Of a DNA stretch of 13,169 bases, positions 8,099 to 13,169 are shown one piece after another (the stretch's first letter is position 1; every line of letters starts with the position of its first letter). The stretch is taken from IMG/VR virus record IMGVR_UViG_2721755711_000005, positions 1-13,169 of that record; one strand, 5' to 3'. The position numbers and the translations under genes are program-made. Source of the stretch: a virus (taxonomy: Duplodnaviria > Heunggongvirae > Uroviricota > Caudoviricetes). Under the pieces are notes generated by a model that had not been told where the DNA came from, did no database searches, and saw only the letters and a list, made by a program, of their open reading frames with translations.

Positions 8099-8547
8099 GT
8101 CTGCGATTTGCCGTTCTCCGTTGCGCTGGTGGTAACGTCACGACATGTCACCATCACGTCACGCTGATGGCGAAAGTCAGGGTTAACCAGTACCGGAACG
8201 GGTAGCCCGATGTACTGTTACCGTTCTGCTGGCTGGTGGAGTAATTGATAACGGTTATCATCAACGGGAGGGGTGGATCAAATCCCTGTAGTCCTGGCTG
8301 TCAGGGACCGCCGCCCAACCCTTCTTCACATCGCCGCAGGTTCGAAAACTTTTTTTTGGGAAGGTGCGCACAGACTTGATAGATAAAACCTATCAGACAA
8401 AACCACGCCAACCCCGCGCCATTGCTGGCATCGTTAAAAAAACTCACTCCACCAGCAGGCTAAAAAACCGTGATTTTTCCGGTTTTATGGGCTGAAAAGG
8501 GGCTCCCTAAAAAACACCTCTTACACTGCCGGACAGGAGCGGTGGCT

Positions 8548-8770
8548 TTTCACGGGTCCTTTCCGGGGATCTGAAACACCACGGGGCGGCAGACGCGCAG
8601 ATTTTCACTATTTATGAAAATTTTTCAGGGAAAAAGCATGTCGGTACTTCTTGCATGTAACATTATGTTTTTATTGCAACTAACTATCATAAACATACGA
8701 CACCATAACGCCGGAAAATCCCGTTTTTCAGGCGTTTCATGTCGGAGGTGGTTTTTGATGAGGATTTGAT
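8548..8770 (+). other. cos: Lambda-type cos site: cosQ-like (8548-8583), cosN (about 8584-8595), cosB (8596-8770)
   Basis: TTTCACGGGTCCTTTCCGGGGATCTGAAACACCACG|GGGCGGCAGACG|CGCAGATTTTCACTATTTATGAAAATTTTTC closely parallels the phage lambda cos junction as I recall it (...TTTACGGGTCCTTTCCGGTGATCCGACAGGTTACG|GGGCGGCGACCT|CGCGGGTTTTCGCTATTTATGAAAATTTTCC), and sits immediately upstream of a Nu1-like gene exactly as in lambda. Confidence 0.85.
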
Positions 8771-8772
8771 AA

Positions 8773-9357
8773 ATGAATGTTAACAAAAAGAGACTGGCGG
8801 AGATTTTCGGTGTTGATCCGCGCACAATTGAGCGCTGGCAGATGCAAGGGCTTCCCCATGTATCTGGTGGCGGAAAAGGTGTGGAGGTGACTTTCGACTC
8901 TACACAGGTGATCGAATGGTATGTACAGAGGGAGAAGGAGATCGAAAACGAAAAACTCCGCAGGGAGCTTGATGATTTACGTGCTGCTGGTGAATCAGAT
9001 TTACAGCCAGGCACAACAGAGTACGAACGCTACCGTCTCACCAAAGCACAGGCGGACGGGCAGGAACTGAAGAACGCCAGAGAGACAGGGGAAGTTATAG
9101 ATACTGAGTTCGTACTCTGTGCGCTTCGTGGACTGGCGAGTCAGATTTCTTCGATCATGGATAGTTTGCCGCTCACAATGCAAAGGCAGTTCCCCGGGAT
9201 GACTCCGGCAATGCTCGATGGCCTGAGGAAGGAAACAGCACGAGCCTGTAATGCGTGCGCTAAAACTGCCGATAACCTACCCCGCATTCTGGAAGACTAT
9301 CTGATGGAAACAACCGGAAACGTGCCGGAGAAGTTACGGCAACAGAAAGGTGAGTGA
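8773..9357 (+). CDS. Nu1-like small terminase subunit homologue (satellite packaging-redirection protein, Rpp-like)
   Basis: 194 aa, collinear with lambda Nu1 along its whole length: [28 protein letters not shown]...[12 protein letters not shown]...[11 protein letters not shown]...[28 protein letters not shown] versus Nu1 MEVNKKQLADIFGASIRTIQNWQEQGMP...GGGKGNEVLYDS...[11 protein letters not shown]...[28 protein letters not shown]. No large terminase gene follows. Confidence 0.9.
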   Translation: MNVNKKRLAEIFGVDPRTIERWQMQGLPHVSGGGKGVEVTFDSTQVIEWYVQREKEIENEKLRRELDDLRAAGESDLQPGTTEYERYRLTKAQADGQELKNARETGEVIDTEFVLCALRGLASQISSIMDSLPLTMQRQFPGMTPAMLDGLRKETARACNACAKTADNLPRILEDYLMETTGNVPEKLRQQKGE

Positions 9358-9383
9358 CAACCGCGCAATTATTGAACAAAACT

Positions 9384-9442
9384 AAGAAAGGATCTGATAA
9401 CGTTATTTTTGGCCCAAAATGACCACTGTCAGATCCTTTCTT
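9384..9442 (+). terminator. Perfect 14-bp inverted repeat hairpin after terS (possible terminator or protein-binding site)
   Basis: AAGAAAGGATCTGA (9384-9397) and TCAGATCCTTTCTT (9429-9442) with a 31-nt loop, followed by TTTTTCTG. The loop is unusually large for an intrinsic terminator. Confidence 0.4.
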
Positions 9443-9494
9443 TTTCTGATGATTTTACGATTAAACAATGAGTTACAGAGAAGAAGAACGGATC

Positions 9495-9586
9495 TGACTT
9501 TTCCCGAAAAATTTTCATAAACAGTTAAGAATTGCGCGTATCCGTACCCCCGGCGCTCAAGATTCTGGAAAGGACCCGTGACACCT
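9495..9586 (-). repeat. cos-like element D, inverted copy of the cos region, downstream of terS
   Basis: Reverse complement reads GTGTCACGGGTCCTTTCCAGAATCTTGAGCGCCGGGGGTACGGATACGCGCAATTCTTAACTGTTTATGAAAATTTTTCGGGAAAAG, which parallels cos 8548-8632 in its cosQ core, its GC-rich centre and its TTTATGAAAATTTTTC block (roughly 75% by eye). Confidence 0.6.
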
Positions 9587-9590
9587 GACC

Positions 9591-9614
9591 AACAAAAAAG
9601 CCCCCGAAGGGGGC
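9591..9614 (-). terminator. Rho-independent terminator of the minus-strand toxin-immunity operon
   Basis: GCCCCC-GAA-GGGGGC hairpin. On the minus strand it is followed by TTTTTTGTT, immediately 3' of the immunity gene stop (9619). Confidence 0.75.
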
Positions 9615-9618
9615 TAAA

Positions 9619-9867
9619 TTACGCATCTTTAAAACTGGGTTTGCCATTAGCTAAACGCCAGGTTTTAACTTCTTGTACGATGGCTTCCGGGCTATCGTCT
9701 TTTCCGTTCTCTGGATAAAAAATTAGATCAGAGCCTGATGGATGTTCAGAGAGGCGCCTGAATTCTCTGACTAACTGCTCGCTTTCTTTTTCTGTTCCTT
9801 CTGCATTACATATTTTTCGAACAAGATCTAAGAATTCATTTTCAGTATAGTCGTTTATTGTTTTCAC
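9619..9867 (-). CDS. Colicin/pyocin DNase immunity protein (Im7/Im9 family)
   Basis: 82 aa, GTG start. [82 protein letters not shown] aligns along its full length with Im9 (...[79 protein letters not shown]). One nt separates it from the toxin stop. Confidence 0.92.
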   Translation of the reverse strand: MKTINDYTENEFLDLVRKICNAEGTEKESEQLVREFRRLSEHPSGSDLIFYPENGKDDSPEAIVQEVKTWRLANGKPSFKDA

Positions 9868-9868
9868 G

Positions 9869-11560
9869 TTATTTTCCCCTGTGAATTTCTATATGCCGCT
9901 TTGGTGTTGTGATACCCATATTATCAACGTTATAAACTTCGCCCCCCTCACTTATAGGTTTAATATGGTGTATCTCGTAACGTTCCCTCCCACCAACTCG
10001 ATCCACTTCCCTTGTGAATGGTGAACGTCCTTTGCGAATGTTCGTGAGGTTGTGTGCTCTGAACTGTCTTGACAAATCAGCATCGTTTGCCACTTCTGCC
10101 CAAAATGCCTCCCTGAATCGATCAAAATTCGCAAATGTTCGCCCACGCATCCGCTCCGCAATCTGGCTGGGTACTGGTGCACCATTTCCCTTATCGGCAT
10201 CCACCAGCCACGCCCCGCTAATTTTTTGTCCTTTCCCTGTTACCTGCCCGGCGTTATTCCTGATGTAAATATAAATCGGCGGTATATCCGGGAATGGCAG
10301 GATCAGAATGTAATCCGCAAAATCCTTTTCTTCCGGGGCCGGGCTGGTTGTGGCGTGTAATCCCGTGTCATCCGGTAACGGGTCCACCATCACCGGATTC
10401 GGCAGCACTGGCGGGTACTGATTTCCCGTGTGGTACGGTACATCAATCCCCGGATTATCCGGCGTCCAGATGAGTGTGATACGCGGGTCTTCCTCCGTGG
10501 TGAACGTGTACGCCTTTCGTCTGTCGTCCCACTCCATCCGGCGCACGCGCACCCTGTCCTGTCCCGGTGGCGTGTGCCAGCCATGCGGCACGGGGTTCCC
10601 CCGGCTGTTCGTCTCCCAAGTAAAGCGAACACGGGTAGGCACTTCCCTGACCTGTTCGGCCCTCATACGGTCGATAAAATCCTGCTCCCCGTCATTCAGC
10701 CGGCCGGGCATCATCCCTATCAGAAACGCCGCCAGTGGCAGCCCCGCAACCCCGGTCGCGGTTTCGCCCACGACGGCCCACGTTCCCCGGATGGCAAAAT
10801 TTCCCGCCACCGGACGCAGAACGCTCGCCCCGGCAATTGCCGCTCTGGCCCGTTGTGCGCGCTCCGCTTCCTCAACCGCACGCTGATAATCCATTTCCTC
10901 GTGATGGCCGTTCCACCATTTCCACAGTGCACTGCGTTTCTTCGGCTTCGGAATATCCTCCGGCGCAATCAGTTTTTTCTTTTTGACCGCCTGTGCACGC
11001 TGCGGGGCTTCCGTGTCTGTCACCGGGTCAGTCTGCGGAACGGCCTGATAAATCCCCATCGGTGCAAAGTTGGTATGCGGCTCCCGCTGGTCGCCCGCGT
11101 CGTTGCATCCCGCACCGCGCAGACAGGATTTTGCAAACACCCGGTTACGTTCCCGTTCTTCCTCCCGGCGTTTTTCTTCAGCTTCCCGTTCTGCCCTGCG
11201 TTGTGCTATCAGTTCCGCCTGTTTTTTCTGTGCAATTTCTGCCGGCGACGGCCCCGCCCCCATCCACTGACCGAGCGGGGCAATAATCCGGTTTGAACCT
11301 TCAGGGCAGCCACAGTGAACAACACAGCCATCAACGGCAATGGGAATATCTATCACCTTAAAACGGGCTTCTCCTTCTGCCACCATGCCGGGCTTTCCGC
11401 ACGCCGGGCAGGGAGTGGTTTTGTCTCCCTTACGAATAAGACCGTTACCACAGACGTTGTAGTTAGGGACAGGAAGGGAAGTAATCAGCCATGCGCCGGT
11501 GGTGGTTTTGTCACAGGAAAGCGCCATTCCCCTGCCGTGTATATCCGGTCTGTATGTCAT
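9869..11560 (-). CDS. Polymorphic toxin: Cys-rich N-terminal domain, charged linker, central domain of unknown function, C-terminal colicin E9-type HNH DNase
   Basis: 563 aa. The C-terminal ~130 aa ([49 protein letters not shown]...[55 protein letters not shown]) align with the colicin E9 DNase domain, including the HNH motif. N-terminus has multiple Cys ([16 protein letters not shown]). GGAG RBS 8 nt upstream; ATGA overlap with the upstream gene. Confidence 0.9.
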   Translation of the reverse strand: MTYRPDIHGRGMALSCDKTTTGAWLITSLPVPNYNVCGNGLIRKGDKTTPCPACGKPGMVAEGEARFKVIDIPIAVDGCVVHCGCPEGSNRIIAPLGQWMGAGPSPAEIAQKKQAELIAQRRAEREAEEKRREEERERNRVFAKSCLRGAGCNDAGDQREPHTNFAPMGIYQAVPQTDPVTDTEAPQRAQAVKKKKLIAPEDIPKPKKRSALWKWWNGHHEEMDYQRAVEEAERAQRARAAIAGASVLRPVAGNFAIRGTWAVVGETATGVAGLPLAAFLIGMMPGRLNDGEQDFIDRMRAEQVREVPTRVRFTWETNSRGNPVPHGWHTPPGQDRVRVRRMEWDDRRKAYTFTTEEDPRITLIWTPDNPGIDVPYHTGNQYPPVLPNPVMVDPLPDDTGLHATTSPAPEEKDFADYILILPFPDIPPIYIYIRNNAGQVTGKGQKISGAWLVDADKGNGAPVPSQIAERMRGRTFANFDRFREAFWAEVANDADLSRQFRAHNLTNIRKGRSPFTREVDRVGGRERYEIHHIKPISEGGEVYNVDNMGITTPKRHIEIHRGK

Positions 11561-12045
11561 GGCTTACACTCCGGCACCAGAAAATCCGCTGGCATACTTT
11601 CGCCTTCACGACAACAAAGTAACGTTATTCGCTGCGGCGTACTGATAATCTCATCCCCGTTATCCAGTTGGCTGCCAACCAGAGCATACCCTTTTCCGTG
11701 ACAACTGAACGCACTGCCGGAACCGCTGATAATACGGGCCGTAGTGCCGTCCTGATACGTCACCTCATCCCCGACCATCGCCATTTCTGCCATCTCTCCG
11801 GTGCTGTCAGCGACTTCGCAGCCGGAACTGGCGGAAGACACCACCCCGCCATTACGGGTAAGGCTACCGGTAGTGGCATGTCGCCAGATAGCCACAATCG
11901 GATGTTGACGGCAAAATTCCTCCTGCTCCCTGATTATCGCCAGCGCATCATCGGACATATCAGCAAGCGCTTCCTCTGTGAAAGGGGATTTATCCAGTTC
12001 TGCCAGTACATCGGCGGTCAGTTCGTTGGTATATTGCTTCATCAT
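11557..12045 (-). CDS. Hypothetical protein (162 aa) co-transcribed with the toxin: acidic helical N-terminus, Gly/Ser-rich C-terminal half, Cys cluster; candidate PAAR-like partner, adaptor or chaperone
   Basis: First gene of the minus-strand operon, translationally coupled to the toxin by an ATGA overlap. C-terminal half AMVGDEVTYQDGTTARIISGSGSAFSCHGKGYALVGSQLDNGDEII is loosely reminiscent of PAAR-type repeats; ends with LLCCREGES...PECKP. Confidence 0.6.
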   Translation of the reverse strand: MMKQYTNELTADVLAELDKSPFTEEALADMSDDALAIIREQEEFCRQHPIVAIWRHATTGSLTRNGGVVSSASSGCEVADSTGEMAEMAMVGDEVTYQDGTTARIISGSGSAFSCHGKGYALVGSQLDNGDEIISTPQRITLLCCREGESMPADFLVPECKP

Positions 12046-12514
12046 GTTTCTGTTTTTCCTGTGGTTAACAATCGACCAGAATCATAATGAAAGGGAATGC
12101 AAAAAAATTGATGGATATCAAAATGAAAAATAAAATCATCCCGGTAAAACAGGATATCTACCCCACCAGCATCCCTGGATTTTCAGATAGTTGCTTTTAG
12201 CCTCTGAACAACATCTGCTGGTGGCTGATAATTACAATAATTCCTGCCCCCTGGCGTTTCTGAGCATGTTTACCGCGAATTTTGCGCAAAACACCTTAAC
12301 AATTCTTAAATTTTAAAAACACTTCAGTGATAAGCATCACCGCTCCCGCTCACATTTGACACAGGCAACTCCATCTGGCAGGTGAAAATCAAATTTATTT
12401 ATATATTTCAATTGATTGTAAACTGGTCTAATGACAGGGGAGAAAAAAGACTGTACAGGTGAAAACAGAAATAATTCTTAATTATCAATGAATTATCACA
12501 CATGCTGCCGCCGC

Positions 12515-12595
12515 CATGAAAATGCAAAAACTAGCCGTTTTCTGCGCATCCGTCGCCCCGCGGTAAGGGGCACCCCACCGGGAGGACCCACGACG
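12515..12595 (-). repeat. cos-like element C, inverted partner of element A (7722-7805)
   Basis: Reverse complement CGTGGGTCCTCCCGGTGGGGTGCCCCTTACCGCGGGGCGACGGATGCGCAGAAAACGGCTAGTTTTTGCATTTTC matches 7726-7805 at about 90% by eye. Confidence 0.6.
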
Positions 12596-12884
12596 ATCAG
12601 GGAGTTTTATCAACGTCGTGTGTTATGCCGGATTAACTGCGTACGTAATACGTGCACATCCCGGACAGGAGCAGCCAGAATCAGCGCCGCTGACGTTGTT
12701 TTGTGGTTATCCCCCTGTCATGAATCATCGCAATGGTTTTATGTGTTCTGCGTTGCGCTGGTGGGTTATTCCACCATTGGTGGGAAACATGGCACCACAT
12801 CCACCAGCTTAAACGCGCTTCACCTTCCCGGCATCAGTCGCCACAATTACGGCATTGCTTTCCATCACCACGGAGGCCATGACC

Positions 12885-13169
12885 ATGACCGAAGCCGAAA
12901 TGCTCAAAATGATTCGCCGTGCTGCCGGAATCAGCCAGGCAGCAGGCAAACAGGAGGCCACGCAACCGGACAGCGTGATAGCCGAAAATTACGCGCGTGT
13001 GGTGGCTGATGTGATGCGCCGTGACGGTATCGAGCTTAACGGCGTGGATATGCGCGATATACGAACCAGAGTTCTCGAGTTGCTGGCATGTCGTCGCCGT
13101 TCTCAGCAACGGAGGGAGAGCGCGAAAAATACTTACCAGTGGAAGAAGCCGGAGCGGTTACGGCGGTAG
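12885..13169 (+). CDS. Hypothetical protein, 3'-truncated by the window end
   Basis: The ORF runs to the window edge. GGAGG at 12872-12876 is 8 nt upstream of the ATG at 12885 (the ORF track starts at 12855 with no RBS). No family recognised. Confidence 0.4.
   Translation: MTEAEMLKMIRRAAGISQAAGKQEATQPDSVIAENYARVVADVMRRDGIELNGVDMRDIRTRVLELLACRRRSQQRRESAKNTYQWKKPERLRR

Noticed and set aside
7829-8167. 112-aa plus-strand ORF in the pre-cos region
   Set aside because: Product is low-complexity and hydrophobic-odd, there is no RBS, and the frame contains a strong intrinsic terminator (8075-8098). More likely non-coding.
8265-8352. tRNA-like T-loop motifs (GGATCAAATCC, GGTTCGAAA)
   Set aside because: I could not assemble acceptor, D or anticodon stems around them; isolated motifs only.
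8625-9014. 129-aa minus-strand ORF
   Set aside because: Overlaps cosB and the well-supported Nu1-like gene on the opposite strand; Ser-rich low-complexity product.
1-9357. P4-type satellite
   Set aside because: No sid, psu or delta-like genes and no P2-type 19-nt cos. The cos and terS are lambda-like, so PICI-type is the better fit.
10430-11296. 288-aa plus-strand ORF (and other plus-strand ORFs between 10014 and 11701) antisense to the toxin gene
   Set aside because: Entirely embedded antisense within the strongly supported toxin CDS; Arg/Pro-rich composition typical of antisense frames of GC-rich genes.
12451-12468. Possible LexA (SOS) box CTGTACAGGTGAAAACAG
   Set aside because: Spacing is CTGT-N10-ACAG rather than the canonical CTGT-N8-ACAG, and the centre is not AT-alternating. 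Treated as part of a direct repeat instead.
12488-13009. 173-aa plus-strand ORF upstream of the terminal partial gene
   Set aside because: Overlaps cos-like repeat C; Arg/Cys-rich low-complexity product and no RBS. The downstream in-frame start at 12885 in a different ORF is the better-supported gene start.

Overview
This window looks like a complete or near-complete phage-inducible chromosomal island (PICI-type phage satellite) of an enterobacterial host, carrying a bacteriocin-like toxin cargo. From left to right: a P4-family tyrosine integrase (1-1242), an AlpA-family regulator, two small divergent minus-strand genes facing a triple-palindrome operator, then a long plus-strand replication operon (hypotheticals, an AT-rich pair of tiny overlapping ORFs, a RecA-fold RepA-like helicase, an iteron origin, SSB, a ProQ/FinO RNA chaperone, a PerC/Pch-like activator). 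This is followed by a lambda-type cos site (cosQ-cosN-cosB) directly upstream of a lambda Nu1-like small terminase gene with no large terminase, the hallmark of a satellite that redirects helper-phage packaging. To the right, a tightly coupled minus-strand operon encodes a 162-aa Gly/Ser/Cys-rich protein, a 563-aa polymorphic toxin with a Cys-rich N-terminus and a colicin E9-type HNH DNase C-terminus, and an Im9-like immunity protein, with no lysis gene. The most unusual structure is four cos-like sequences arranged as two nested inverted pairs: one pair brackets the terS gene and the other brackets the whole packaging-plus-toxin module. All homology calls are from my recollection of family sequences, not from searches.
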